From contig JBLWTJ010000002.1 of assembly GCA_048270185.1 (NCBI GenBank), forward strand, positions 288,001 through 352,000: DNA of 64,000 nucleotides, in the 5' to 3' direction. The stretch comes from Bacteriovoracaceae bacterium. Lineage in GTDB: Bacteria; Bdellovibrionota; Bacteriovoracia; Bacteriovoracales; Bacteriovoracaceae. The stretch's first letter is position 1, and each line of letters starts with the position of its first letter. The notes under the pieces are model-generated. The model did no database searches and had not been told where the DNA came from. It saw nothing but the letters and a program-made list of their open reading frames with translations. Below, one piece after another: positions 19,194-29,377 of this stretch. Position numbers and translations under genes: made by a program.

Positions 19194-20855
19194 TTACTGG
19201 CCTCTTAAATCTTTTCTTAGGATCTTTCCTACGTTTGACTTCGGAAGCTCCGTTCTAAATTCAATAATCTTTGGTCTCTTATAACCAGTTAGGTTTTCTT
19301 TACAGAATTCCATTAGCTCGTCTTCAGTAAGAGATTGATCATTCTTAACAACAAAGAGTTTTACAACTTCGCCAGACTTATCATGTGGAACACCTACGGC
19401 CGCACATTCAAATACTTTAGGGTGAGTTACAACAATTTCTTCAACTTCATTTGGATAAACATTGAATCCAGAAACAAGAATCATATCTTTCTTACGATCA
19501 ACAATTTTGAAGAAACCTTCTTCGTTCATTAGACCAATATCACCCGACTTAAAGTAACCGTCTGCAGTCATAACCTTAGCAGTCTCTTCAGGGCGTCCCC
19601 AGTAACCTTTCATTACTTGTGGACCTTTGATACAAATCTCACCAACTTCACCAACGTTAAGAGTATTTCCATCGTCATCTTTAATACAAACATCAGTTGA
19701 TGAAACAGGTAGTCCGATCATTCCATTAAAGTCTTTTAAATCCATTGGATTGATACAAGCAGCTGGTGAAGTTTCAGTTAAACCGTATGCTTCAATTAAA
19801 GGAGCTCCAGTCACTGACTTCCATTTTTCAGCAACAGCACGTTGAACGGCCATTCCGCCACCAAGAGTTAATTTAAGGTTAGAGAAATCAACAGTCTTAA
19901 AGTCTTCATTATTCAGTAGGCCATTAAAAAGAGTGTTTACACCTGTGATTGCTGTAAAATCCCACTTCTTTAGTTCTTTAACAAAGCCAGGAATATCTCT
20001 TGGGTTAGTAATTAGAATATTTAGTGCTCCAATCTTAGAGAATGTGAAGCAGTTAGCTGTTAATGAGAAGATATGATATAGCGGAAGAGGAGTAATAATG
20101 ATTTCCTTTCCTTCTTCAACTGCTGGAGAAATCCACTCTCCAGCTTGTAGCATATTGGCCACAATATTTCTGTGAGTAAGCTCTGCACCTTTTGAAACAC
20201 CAGTTGTTCCACCAGTATATTGTAGGAATGCTAATTCAGAGTTTAAAATTTCAGGCTTCTTAAAAGTTTTCTCATCACCTTTATCAAGAGCTGCTAAGAA
20301 AGACTTTGCTCCAGGAAGATCCCATGTTGGTACCATCTTCTTAACATGCTTGATAACAAAGTTAACAAGAAGTGACTTAGGGAATTTAAGCATGTCACCA
20401 ATTTGAGTAACAAGAACGTGCTCAATTGGAGTATTCTTTACAACTTCAGAAAGTACAGAAGCTGAGTTTTCAAAAATAATAATAACTTTAGATTGTGAGT
20501 CAGTTAGCTGATGCTCAAGCTCTCTTGCTGTATAAAGAGGGTTAACGTTAACGCAAACCATTCCAGCTCTAAGAATACCAAAGAGGGCCACTGGGTATTG
20601 AAGAATATTTGGCATCATGATCGCAACGCGATCACCTTTTTTAAGACCTAGATCATTTTGCAGATAAGAAGCAAACTTCTTTGAAAGATGGTCAAGATCA
20701 CCATATGTTAGAGTTTTCCCCATGCAATGAAATGCTGGCTTTGAGGCAAATTTTGAAAAGCTCTCCTCTAATAAAGCAGGGATTGAAGCATAGGCTTCAG
20801 GATTAATTTCTTCAGATACTCCACTTTGATAGTGATTGAACCAAGGCTTTGTCAC
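19194..20855 (-). CDS. fadD: long-chain-fatty-acid--CoA ligase
   Basis: LQYTGGTTGVSKG, YGLTE, SGDIG, DRKKDMILVSGFNVYP and PKSNVGKI motifs. Confidence 0.95.
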   Translation of the reverse strand: MTKPWFNHYQSGVSEEINPEAYASIPALLEESFSKFASKPAFHCMGKTLTYGDLDHLSKKFASYLQNDLGLKKGDRVAIMMPNILQYPVALFGILRAGMVCVNVNPLYTARELEHQLTDSQSKVIIIFENSASVLSEVVKNTPIEHVLVTQIGDMLKFPKSLLVNFVIKHVKKMVPTWDLPGAKSFLAALDKGDEKTFKKPEILNSELAFLQYTGGTTGVSKGAELTHRNIVANMLQAGEWISPAVEEGKEIIITPLPLYHIFSLTANCFTFSKIGALNILITNPRDIPGFVKELKKWDFTAITGVNTLFNGLLNNEDFKTVDFSNLKLTLGGGMAVQRAVAEKWKSVTGAPLIEAYGLTETSPAACINPMDLKDFNGMIGLPVSSTDVCIKDDDGNTLNVGEVGEICIKGPQVMKGYWGRPEETAKVMTADGYFKSGDIGLMNEEGFFKIVDRKKDMILVSGFNVYPNEVEEIVVTHPKVFECAAVGVPHDKSGEVVKLFVVKNDQSLTEDELMEFCKENLTGYKRPKIIEFRTELPKSNVGKILRKDLRGQ

Positions 20856-21013
20856 AGCAAAACTCCAAATGTTAAGTCTATTAATAAATTAAAATTATAT
20901 TGTATTTTAAATTATAGCTAGTTACAACTTAGAACTTAAACGCGCACAGCATCAAGTAAAACTCATTAAACTTTATTCTTGTCGAAATAAATTTTATTAG
21001 ATATAAGGGTGAC

Positions 21014-21070
21014 CGTTTTGCAAAACACCACACACACATTAGGCCCCCTGAATTAGGGGCCTTTCTCTTT
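21014..21070 (+). ncRNA. candidate ~55-nt small RNA
   Basis: TTGTCG-N17-TATAAG promoter (20979-21007), C/A-rich stretch, GC hairpin aggcccc..ggggcct followed by a U-rich tail. Confidence 0.35.
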
Positions 21071-21093
21071 AAGCCTATGTTAAAATCATCTAA

Positions 21094-21342
21094 ATGAGTA
21101 AAAAAGCAGATTTCTACATTAACGAAGATGGCAATACAGTATTCACTGAAGAATTCCATTTAAGGCGTGGCTACTGCTGTGAAAGCGGATGTCTACACTG
21201 CCCTTTTGGCTTTGGTGAAGGGGAAGAAGATAGAGATAGTGCCGAGATACCTCACGAACTTCGACGCTTAGATGCATCACCAGAAATCTCAGACGAAGAC
21301 CTCGCCGAACTCTACCTAAGCGACCTCGACGACGACCAATAA
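21094..21342 (+). CDS. small Cys-rich protein (DUF5522-like) with acidic tail
   Basis: HLRRGYCCESGCLHCPF motif. Confidence 0.8.
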   Translation: MSKKADFYINEDGNTVFTEEFHLRRGYCCESGCLHCPFGFGEGEEDRDSAEIPHELRRLDASPEISDEDLAELYLSDLDDDQ

Positions 21343-21408
21343 TTAGACATTTTTCAATTTCTATACAGAAAGCCCTGACCTAAGCCACTGATATTACATA
21401 ATCCTTTT

Positions 21409-21424
21409 TGGCATCCTCTGTGCA
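21409..21424 (+). promoter_or_regulatory. sigma54 promoter
   Basis: TGGCATCCTCTGTGCA with GG/GC at exact -24/-12 spacing. Confidence 0.65.
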
Positions 21425-21456
21425 TTCTAATAAGTGCATACTTTTTGGAGGAATAT

Positions 21457-21795
21457 ATGAAATTACTTTCTTTACTAGCAATGACTTTGATTTTATCCGC
21501 TTCAGCTCAAGCTGCAGTTAATAATAATTTCAAGTGCCAATCAGCACGCAAGAATATTGAATTCAAAATTAAAGGTAATCACATTCAGGTTGAAGGAAGA
21601 AATCCGGCCCACTCAATTGTTGGCCGTACTCATCAAGTAGGTAATTCAATGACAAAGCACTACCAAGCAAATGGTCAAAAATATCAGATTCACTTTGATG
21701 ATGTGACGAATTCAAATGAGATGAATACTTATATCTCAATTAAATCTAAGCACGGGCACGAGGTGACATACCCACTAACTTGCCAAGCAATCTAA
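21457..21795 (+). CDS. small secreted hypothetical protein
   Basis: GGAGG SD, signal peptide ending AQA, two Cys. Confidence 0.8.
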   Translation: MKLLSLLAMTLILSASAQAAVNNNFKCQSARKNIEFKIKGNHIQVEGRNPAHSIVGRTHQVGNSMTKHYQANGQKYQIHFDDVTNSNEMNTYISIKSKHGHEVTYPLTCQAI

Positions 21796-22697
21796 TTAAC
21801 CTGTTTCACAAGAAGTATTGAAGAGTCTGTTATTGCTTTAATAATGGCAGACTCGATATCCTTAATGGCCGCTGACTCAAATTCACGAATAACTGTTCCG
21901 TCAATATCACATTCACCACTAAGAACAACAACCGAACTAATACCATTTAATGAGATGGCACTTTCTTGATCTTTTTCTAAGATTTTCAAACGAGCATTAA
22001 AGTATTCATTTGAAGTTAGAATTCCACTTTCTTTTAAGTTCTTATATTGGAAGAAATCTAGGCGATTCTCTTTTGGATCAAAATTGATAACATCCATGGC
22101 CTTTTTTACATGAAGCTCACGTGGTTTTCCATCAAGCCCCATTCGATTCCAATCCCATACACGATAAGTCACACCCGAGTTTTGTTGAACTTCAACAAGA
22201 GTAACACCTGATCCAATTGCATGAATTGATCCGGCAGGAAGATTAAAGAAGTCACCCTTTTGAACTTCAATAAAGTTTAGAAGTTCATTTACTTCCTCAC
22301 CTTCTTCAATTGCCTTTTGGAGATCATCTTTAGTGATGCCTTCTTTAAGTCCGAGATAAATTCCCGATCCTTCCTCAGCATCTAGGATATACCAACACTC
22401 TTCTTTGCCTAGAGCATCTTCATGAATGTGAGCATATTCATTATCAGGGTGAACTTGTATTGATAAATTTTGATTTGTATCGATGAACTTGATTAAATAA
22501 GGCAGTACCTTGCCTTCTAATACATCATTTAAACTTCTTCCATCTTCACACAGAGAAAGGCCATTTTCTAAAGTTGAAACTTCCCAGGTCTCTCCTAGAG
22601 GTCCTTCAAATGAACTTTCTTCACTTAATTTATATTTTTTTAATTTTTCTCCACCCCAAACAGTTGAGACGAGATGTGGTATCTGCTTTAAAATCAT
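21792..22697 (-). CDS. manA: class I mannose-6-phosphate isomerase
   Basis: VWGG, GETWE, LSIQVHP, KEECWY, HAIG, EVQQNS.VTYRVWDW motifs. Confidence 0.92.
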   Translation of the reverse strand: MILKQIPHLVSTVWGGEKLKKYKLSEESSFEGPLGETWEVSTLENGLSLCEDGRSLNDVLEGKVLPYLIKFIDTNQNLSIQVHPDNEYAHIHEDALGKEECWYILDAEEGSGIYLGLKEGITKDDLQKAIEEGEEVNELLNFIEVQKGDFFNLPAGSIHAIGSGVTLVEVQQNSGVTYRVWDWNRMGLDGKPRELHVKKAMDVINFDPKENRLDFFQYKNLKESGILTSNEYFNARLKILEKDQESAISLNGISSVVVLSGECDIDGTVIREFESAAIKDIESAIIKAITDSSILLVKQVN

Positions 22698-22801
22698 AAG
22701 AATATGGTAGCGTAATTGGGGTATTTAAGCGAGTTATAAAGCTTTACTTTAATTAACAAGGTTTAATAAGCGCATCGCATTAATTGGCGTTAAGATAAAT
22801 C

Positions 22802-23488
22802 ATGATCGAAAACCTACCAAGCCGCATTGAAATACCAGTTATCACACTTCCCAATATTGTGTTCTTTCCGGGTACCTCAATTCCTTTATATGTTGTCGAT
22901 GAAATATTTCAAGATATTTTTGAAGATGCTACTTGTGCAGGTAATCCGATTGGCATTTCCATGGCAACACAGAAGAATTTTGAAACTTATTTCGCCTATC
23001 CATGCGAGGTTTTTGGCATTGGAAAACCACTAATGATCGAGCGAGTGGACGGTAATACTTTAAAAGTTCTCATGCGCTGTATTGGAAAATGTGAATTAAA
23101 TTACCCTACTCAATCTAACCCTTATCCCATCTATAGTGTTAATGTCTTAAAGGATAAAGAATGTTCGATGAGTAACCTTGATGATTTTTATCGACTAGAG
23201 AGTATTCTCTACAATTGGCTAGAAACAAATATTTCAGATGACACTGACCGCGATCACTTCATCGAGACTTTGCATAAGCCAGAGCAAATCGTTAATTATG
23301 TGGCCACATTTATTATAAAAAGTTGTCAGATAAGACAATTACTTCTCCAGCAAGATAATCTCAATGATAAAATCAAGATTTTAAATTCTCTTATCACTGA
23401 TGAACACATCTATCACGAAGATCCAATTGTTGCTCAAGGCTATATTGACTTTGTCAGTGAGCAGCTCCAACTAAAACAAGCAAATTGA
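22802..23488 (+). CDS. LON peptidase substrate-binding domain protein
   Basis: IPVITLPNIVFFPG..IPL N-terminal motif; no ATPase or protease domain. Confidence 0.8.
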   Translation: MIENLPSRIEIPVITLPNIVFFPGTSIPLYVVDEIFQDIFEDATCAGNPIGISMATQKNFETYFAYPCEVFGIGKPLMIERVDGNTLKVLMRCIGKCELNYPTQSNPYPIYSVNVLKDKECSMSNLDDFYRLESILYNWLETNISDDTDRDHFIETLHKPEQIVNYVATFIIKSCQIRQLLLQQDNLNDKIKILNSLITDEHIYHEDPIVAQGYIDFVSEQLQLKQAN

Positions 23489-23493
23489 AGAAA

Positions 23494-24135
23494 CTAAAAG
23501 AGAACTAAGAGTAAATTAATCACCGTCATGGCCGCCGCCGTAAAGAATGAAAGTGTAAAATTGTCATCAAGCTTTGTAGAAAGTAGCTCAATAAATGCCG
23601 TTGCAAGCCCAGTTACAAAAGCAAAAATCACAATCTTTAAGCTTAGTGGAAGATAGAGAAGGCCATAAATTGCAACGATAATAAAAGTCATCATAAAAGA
23701 AGCATATGATCCTTCAAATGTTCTTGAAGCTATTAGCTTTCTCTTTCCATAACGAATTCCTACAAATGAAGATGCTGGATCAGAAAGGGATAAAATAATT
23801 GTAGCAAGTAGAGCAATTTGCTCATCAAAACAAAGAAAGCTTAGTCCAATGCCAAGAAGAAAAAGTGGTGTTCCAGTGAAGCTATTAATTTCAGTATCTC
23901 TAAGCACTGAACGGCATGCTGCCACGAATACCTGATTAACAGACTCAATCTTTAAGCGTAAAACTTCGATTATAGTAAAGACAAGAGATGCACCAAGAAC
24001 GATATAAGAAAATTGTCTCGCCTCAATACTTGTTAGTAAATAGATAAGAATAATCCCTAGGCCAGAGATGACGTGAACAAGCTTTCTTAAAACATGTGGT
24101 TCAAACTTTGTTGGGAATCTATAAATACTATCCAT
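23494..24135 (-). CDS. CTP-dependent lipid kinase (phytol/dolichol/diacylglycerol kinase family)
   Basis: RKLVH, SDPASSFVG..YG, RTFEGS and DDN motifs; multi-TM. Confidence 0.85.
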   Translation of the reverse strand: MDSIYRFPTKFEPHVLRKLVHVISGLGIILIYLLTSIEARQFSYIVLGASLVFTIIEVLRLKIESVNQVFVAACRSVLRDTEINSFTGTPLFLLGIGLSFLCFDEQIALLATIILSLSDPASSFVGIRYGKRKLIASRTFEGSYASFMMTFIIVAIYGLLYLPLSLKIVIFAFVTGLATAFIELLSTKLDDNFTLSFFTAAAMTVINLLLVLF

Positions 24136-24238
24136 TCCTTCAATATATAATTTTACAAAAATAAAATAAAGCTCTTTTCGAGGCTTTTTAATTTTGGCTA
24201 TAATGTAGGAAACTTAAGCAGCTATACAAGGACGTATT

Positions 24239-25204
24239 TTGAATAATAGCACAAACTCACATTTAGCAGATGCCGGGCAATTTCTTGGCTCATCAAATAA
24301 TGGTAAGAAAATTTGGGCCATTGGTGGTGGAAAAGGTGGAGTTGGGAAGAGTCTAGTAACTTCAAACTTATCAATCTGTCTTGCATTAATGGGCATGAAA
24401 GTTATTGCCATCGATATGGACCTCGGTGGGGCCAACCTTCACACTTGTCTTGGATGTAATGTTCCAGCTAAAACACTAAGTGATTACTTCACTAAGCCAA
24501 ATACAAAATTATCAGATCTTATCACTCCTACTCCACTGAAGAATCTTAGTCTTATCAGTGGGGCACAAGATAACTTAGGAATGGCCAACTTAAAAACGGC
24601 CCATAAATCAAAAGTCCTAAATGATCTAAGAGAGCTAGACGCTGATTATATTCTTCTCGATCTTGGAGCAGGGACAACAAATAATACTCTGGATTTCTTC
24701 TTAGGAGCTGATCAAGGTATTCTTGTAACCCTTCCTGAGCCAACTTCAATTGAGAATACTTACCGTTTTATCAAATCGATTTATCACAGAAAGCTTCAGT
24801 CAGTTGATGAGTTCTTAGAACTTGGGCCACTTATTGATAAGGTTCTCAATGGTAAAGTCGGTGAAAACCGTACTCCTTCTGAAATTATTGAGAAGGCCAT
24901 GCAAATCGATGAAACACAGGGTCTTAAATTAAAAAGAGAAATAGAAGCGATCACACCAAAGCTAGTAATTAACCAAGCTAGAACTCAAGCAGATATCGAT
25001 ATCGGTTTTGCCATGAGAATTATTTCAAAGAAATACTTTGGTATTAACCTCGACTATGTTGGTTTCCTTGAGTACGACGCTACTGTTTGGCAAAGTGTAA
25101 AAAAGAAGAAACCTTTAATTCTTGAATTTCCAAATTCAGCACTTGTTAAAAACTTTGAACATATCATCAATCGTATTCTTAATCTGACTAGAAAAATTGT
25201 ATAG
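24239..25204 (+). CDS. MinD/FlhG/ParA-family P-loop ATPase
   Basis: GGKGGVGKS deviant Walker A, DMDLGGANL, LDLGAG, PEPTSI. Confidence 0.9.
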   Translation: MNNSTNSHLADAGQFLGSSNNGKKIWAIGGGKGGVGKSLVTSNLSICLALMGMKVIAIDMDLGGANLHTCLGCNVPAKTLSDYFTKPNTKLSDLITPTPLKNLSLISGAQDNLGMANLKTAHKSKVLNDLRELDADYILLDLGAGTTNNTLDFFLGADQGILVTLPEPTSIENTYRFIKSIYHRKLQSVDEFLELGPLIDKVLNGKVGENRTPSEIIEKAMQIDETQGLKLKREIEAITPKLVINQARTQADIDIGFAMRIISKKYFGINLDYVGFLEYDATVWQSVKKKKPLILEFPNSALVKNFEHIINRILNLTRKIV

Positions 25205-25212
25205 AGGAAATA

Positions 25213-25860
25213 ATGGCAAAAGATAAAAATTACTACGAAGTATTAGAGGTCGCTCCAACTGCTTCTGCTGACGAAATTCAAAAAGCCTATACGGCAGCTC
25301 GTGCAGCTTATAGCGGAGACAGTCTTGCTATTTATTCTCTTCTTTCAGAAGAAGAAGCTCATAAAGTTCTAGAGCTTATCGAAGAAGCCTATAATATTCT
25401 CAGTAACCCTACGAAACGTAAGAAATATAATCAGGCCCGTGGAATCGTTGTTGAAGATGATACGAACTACATGGCCTCACCAAAACCTCAGGCTGAGCCA
25501 GAAGAAGTAAGTAAGGCCGTGGATCAAATGAATCGCCTCGTTGCTAAGAAACGTTATGGCCTGGAGTACGAACAAAACCCAGAGTTTGAAAAAGAAATTG
25601 AACAATGTAGTGAGTACACTGGAGAATTTCTTAAAAAAGTTCGTGAATACAAAGGCGTCGATATTGCTCGCCTTTCAGATATGACAAAGATTTCAAAAAC
25701 ATTTCTTGGTTATATTGAAAATGAAGATGTTGAGAAAATGCCGGCCATTGTTTACGTTCGTGGCTTTGTTTACCAATATGCAAAAGTATTAAAGCTTAAC
25801 CCTGATCTTGTTGCTAATTCATACCTCCAAAGAGTGAAGCTTCTTAAGGAAGGCAAGTAA
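25213..25860 (+). CDS. J-domain-like + RodZ-type HTH protein
   Basis: NYYEVLEV...EAYNILSNP..RKKY without HPD; C-terminal LKKVRE..TKIS..IE..P.IVYVRGF. Confidence 0.8.
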   Translation: MAKDKNYYEVLEVAPTASADEIQKAYTAARAAYSGDSLAIYSLLSEEEAHKVLELIEEAYNILSNPTKRKKYNQARGIVVEDDTNYMASPKPQAEPEEVSKAVDQMNRLVAKKRYGLEYEQNPEFEKEIEQCSEYTGEFLKKVREYKGVDIARLSDMTKISKTFLGYIENEDVEKMPAIVYVRGFVYQYAKVLKLNPDLVANSYLQRVKLLKEGK

Positions 25861-25866
25861 TCTAGC

Positions 25867-26841
25867 ATGAGTGAAGAAAGTAGCAAGTTCGTTATTTCTA
25901 TCACCCAAGAAGATCACGATGAATTCTCACGCCTCGATCAAGTTCTTGCAAGTAAGCTTGAACAATCTCGAAGTTTTCTAAAGGAGCTCTTTAAAAAGGG
26001 TCAGATTACTTCTGATATAAAGATTGAATTAAAGAAAATGCCACCTGTTGGAACACAAGTCACTATCGATATTCCAGCTCCTAGAGAATCCACGGCAAAG
26101 GCAGAAGATATTCCACTAAAGATTCTCTTTGAAGATGAGCATCTCGCCATTGTTGTAAAACCTGTAGGTATGGTGACTCATCCGGCACCAGGAAATTACA
26201 CAGGAACACTGGTCAATGCAATTCTTCACCACTGTAAAGATATTCAAGGTGTTGGAGATGAAAAGCGCCCCGGTATTGTTCACAGGCTTGATAAGGGAAC
26301 AAGTGGTGTAATGGTAATTGCCAAAAATCAAAAATGCCATGAAGAGTTAGTAAAACTCTTTCAGGCACACGATATTGACCGCTACTACCAGGCCATAAGT
26401 GTCAGCACGAAAATACCTGCAGAAGGTCGACTTGAATCGACTATTGGCCGACATCCAAATAATCGTTTAAAGATGGCCGTCGATGTACGCGGCGGAAAGA
26501 ATTCGATCACTAATTTTAAAGTTCTAAAATATTATCAACATTTAAGTCATGTTGAGTTAAAGCTTGAAACAGGAAGAACCCATCAGATTCGCGTCCACCT
26601 AAGCCAGCTTTTAAATGCACCAATTCTTATGGACCCACTATATGGAAGTCCTAAGAATGACTTGAATCGAGTAGACCCAAGACTTCGCGCCATCATTAAG
26701 GATTATGAGCATCCATTCTTACATGCTAAAGTACTTGGCTTCACTCACCCTATTACAAGAGAAAAACTATACTTTGAAGAGCCACCACCGAAAGTCTTTC
26801 AAGATGTCTTAGATTATCTTGAAAGTTTTGAAGGAGAATAA
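25867..26841 (+). CDS. rluD: RluA/RluD-family 23S rRNA pseudouridine synthase
   Basis: S4-like RLDQ, HRLDKGTSG, GRTHQIRVH, LHA; adjacent to a yfiH/pgeF homologue. Confidence 0.9.
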   Translation: MSEESSKFVISITQEDHDEFSRLDQVLASKLEQSRSFLKELFKKGQITSDIKIELKKMPPVGTQVTIDIPAPRESTAKAEDIPLKILFEDEHLAIVVKPVGMVTHPAPGNYTGTLVNAILHHCKDIQGVGDEKRPGIVHRLDKGTSGVMVIAKNQKCHEELVKLFQAHDIDRYYQAISVSTKIPAEGRLESTIGRHPNNRLKMAVDVRGGKNSITNFKVLKYYQHLSHVELKLETGRTHQIRVHLSQLLNAPILMDPLYGSPKNDLNRVDPRLRAIIKDYEHPFLHAKVLGFTHPITREKLYFEEPPPKVFQDVLDYLESFEGE

Positions 26842-27420
26842 ATGGCCAAGCTTTTAAATGAGTATCAAATTGGCGACTACCTCTATCAAATCTATGATGA
26901 TAGGCCGGCCTTTGATTTTCTCGAAGTAAAGCAAGTTCACGGCAAAAATATAATCAACACTCTAGACTCTAAAGAGCTTGAAGCAGATGGAATAATCACT
27001 TCATCTAATATACCTCTTGCCATTAAAACGGCCGATTGCCTGCCGATTGCAATTATTGGTGACAACGGTATTGCTAATCTTCACGCAGGCTGGCGTGGAT
27101 TGGCCCAAGAAATCATTAAAGAAGAAAGAATTAAGGCACTCGGGCCCAAAATAGTTTTCATTGGACCACATATAAGTGAAGAGAATTACGAAGTTGGTGA
27201 AGAATTTAAACAAAACTTTCCCGGTTCAAATGCTTTTAGTGTGCTAGAAGGCAGCGTGCACTTTAGTTTAGAGAAAGAACTAAGATCACAAATAATTGTG
27301 ACATATGGAAATATTGAGATTATCAGTGCAAATATATGCACATTTTCAAATCTCAACTATAATAGTTACAGAAGAAATCAAACGACTAAGAGAAATTATA
27401 ATATTTTAAAAAGGAATTAA
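26842..27420 (+). CDS. pgeF: YfiH/PgeF (laccase-like domain) protein
   Basis: QVHG, ADG, TADCLP, HAGWRG, SYRR motifs. Confidence 0.85.
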   Translation: MAKLLNEYQIGDYLYQIYDDRPAFDFLEVKQVHGKNIINTLDSKELEADGIITSSNIPLAIKTADCLPIAIIGDNGIANLHAGWRGLAQEIIKEERIKALGPKIVFIGPHISEENYEVGEEFKQNFPGSNAFSVLEGSVHFSLEKELRSQIIVTYGNIEIISANICTFSNLNYNSYRRNQTTKRNYNILKRN

Positions 27421-27423
27421 AAT

Positions 27424-28566
27424 ATGAATGACAGTTTTTTAAACAAACTAAGCTTTAACAAAAAGATCATCTTCTTCCTATGTGGATTATTGATGTTTAT
27501 CTTTTCAATCTATCTAACGAATCACTACTACCAAGTAAAATTCCCTGTTGGTTTTGGAGCAGCTTCTGCTTGTAATATCAACTCATTCTTTACTTGTGAT
27601 ACAGCGACTATGTCTCCACTTTCTAATATCGCAGGAATTCCAATTTCTGTTTTTGGTATTGTTGTTGGTGCCATGCTTATGCTTTTTTATATGGTTAATA
27701 AGAAACAAGCTGAAGGTGGTCTTTTCATTCTCCTACTTTTAAATGGTATCGGATGTTTAGTACTTTTTATCTACTCACTTGTTATGCTTGGGACTCTTTG
27801 TCCATTCTGTACGCTTTATTATATCTTTTCTTGGGCCGCACTTCTTATGATGTTCCAAGCAAAGGCCGAGAGAGCATTTGATATAAAATTCTTTGGAACA
27901 GCTATTCTATGTATGGCCATTAGTGGGGCAGTTGCTTATAGCTTTACAAAATCAAAGACTCAAAACTCAACAATTCGTAAGGCACAAATTGTTAACATGT
28001 TTAAGGCACTAACAAATATGGGAACACCAGCGAAGTCTTCACCTTACAGACTAGCAAGCGCTTCTGAGAAGTTTACAGATGCACCGATTCAAATGTCAGT
28101 CTTTTCAGACTTTCAGTGTCCAGCATGTAATGCTCTAAACCAAGTTCTTCCACAAATTGAAAAGAAGTATGAAGGTAAGATCAATATTCAATATTTCTTC
28201 TACCCACTCGATCATAATTGTAATGCCGGAATGCAAGGTCCACTTCACCAATTAGCGTGTCAAGCTGCTTATCTTGCAAGCTGTGTGGGTCCTGAGAAAT
28301 TTAAAGGCGTTCACGATGCAATCTTTGAAAATCAATCATCTCTTTCTCAGACTTGGATTGATGATCAAGCGAAATCATTTGGTGTTCAAGAATGTATGGC
28401 AAAACCAGAAACAAAACAACTTGTTGTGGATATGATTACACAAGCTAATACTTTTAAAGTTCAATCAACTCCGACTCAATTAATTAATGGAGTTAAGATT
28501 GAAGGAGTTAGACCTCTAAGTGACTACACGGCCATTATGGATCATCTTTTAGAGCAAGCTAAGTAA
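27424..28566 (+). CDS. VKOR-DsbA/thioredoxin fusion
   Basis: VKOR Cys pair and LCPFC within TM region; FSDFQCPAC and STPT thioredoxin motifs. Confidence 0.88.
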   Translation: MNDSFLNKLSFNKKIIFFLCGLLMFIFSIYLTNHYYQVKFPVGFGAASACNINSFFTCDTATMSPLSNIAGIPISVFGIVVGAMLMLFYMVNKKQAEGGLFILLLLNGIGCLVLFIYSLVMLGTLCPFCTLYYIFSWAALLMMFQAKAERAFDIKFFGTAILCMAISGAVAYSFTKSKTQNSTIRKAQIVNMFKALTNMGTPAKSSPYRLASASEKFTDAPIQMSVFSDFQCPACNALNQVLPQIEKKYEGKINIQYFFYPLDHNCNAGMQGPLHQLACQAAYLASCVGPEKFKGVHDAIFENQSSLSQTWIDDQAKSFGVQECMAKPETKQLVVDMITQANTFKVQSTPTQLINGVKIEGVRPLSDYTAIMDHLLEQAK

Positions 28567-28570
28567 ATCA

Positions 28571-29377
28571 ATGTCTAAGAAAAAAGAAAAAATCATTCCT
28601 AAATATTCAGTGGGTCCAATCGAGACCCACTGTCATCTTGACTACCTAAAAGGACAAGAATTAGTTGATACACTAGCTAAGTGCCAAGAGTACGGAGTTA
28701 ACAAGGTCGTCACAATTGCGGTCTCTCCCAGTAACCTTCAATTAGTAAGAGATTTAACAAAGAATGATATTGTCTTTGGAACTCAAGGGATTCATCCTCA
28801 TGAGGCCAAGCATATAACTGATGAAACATACGCTGAAATAAAGAATCATGTAAGTGACCCTAAGATTGTTGCAGTTGGAGAGATCGGTCTCGATTACTAC
28901 TATGAGTTTTCAGACCCAAAAGTCCAAAAAGAAGCTTTTGAAAAGCAACTACAGATTGCCTGTGATAGTGATCTTCCGGTTGTTATTCACACAAGAGATG
29001 CTGATGAAGATACCAAGGCCATCTTGAAGAACTTCTCTACTCAGCTAAAGAGAAAAGGTGTTATCCACTCTTTTACTAGTGGAATCGAGCTTGCCAAGTT
29101 TTGTTTAAGTGAAGACTTCTATATTGGTTTTAATGGTATTGTTACTTTTAAGAATGCTCAAAATGTTCGCGATGTTCTCGATATAGTTCCAGTTGAAAAG
29201 ATTCTTCTTGAAACAGACTCTCCATACCTAACTCCAGTTCCGTTTAGAGGTCGAGAGAATGCTCCTTTCTACCTTCCATGTGTTGCAGACTTTATTGCCA
29301 CTCATAAAGGTATTCAAGCACAAGATTTAATCGACGTTGCCAATAGCAACGCCGAAAAATTATTCTTTAAATTATAA
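28571..29377 (+). CDS. tatD: TatD-family hydrolase
   Basis: ETHCH, GIHP, GEIGLDY, IHTR, HSF, ETDSPY motifs. Confidence 0.92.
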   Translation: MSKKKEKIIPKYSVGPIETHCHLDYLKGQELVDTLAKCQEYGVNKVVTIAVSPSNLQLVRDLTKNDIVFGTQGIHPHEAKHITDETYAEIKNHVSDPKIVAVGEIGLDYYYEFSDPKVQKEAFEKQLQIACDSDLPVVIHTRDADEDTKAILKNFSTQLKRKGVIHSFTSGIELAKFCLSEDFYIGFNGIVTFKNAQNVRDVLDIVPVEKILLETDSPYLTPVPFRGRENAPFYLPCVADFIATHKGIQAQDLIDVANSNAEKLFFKL

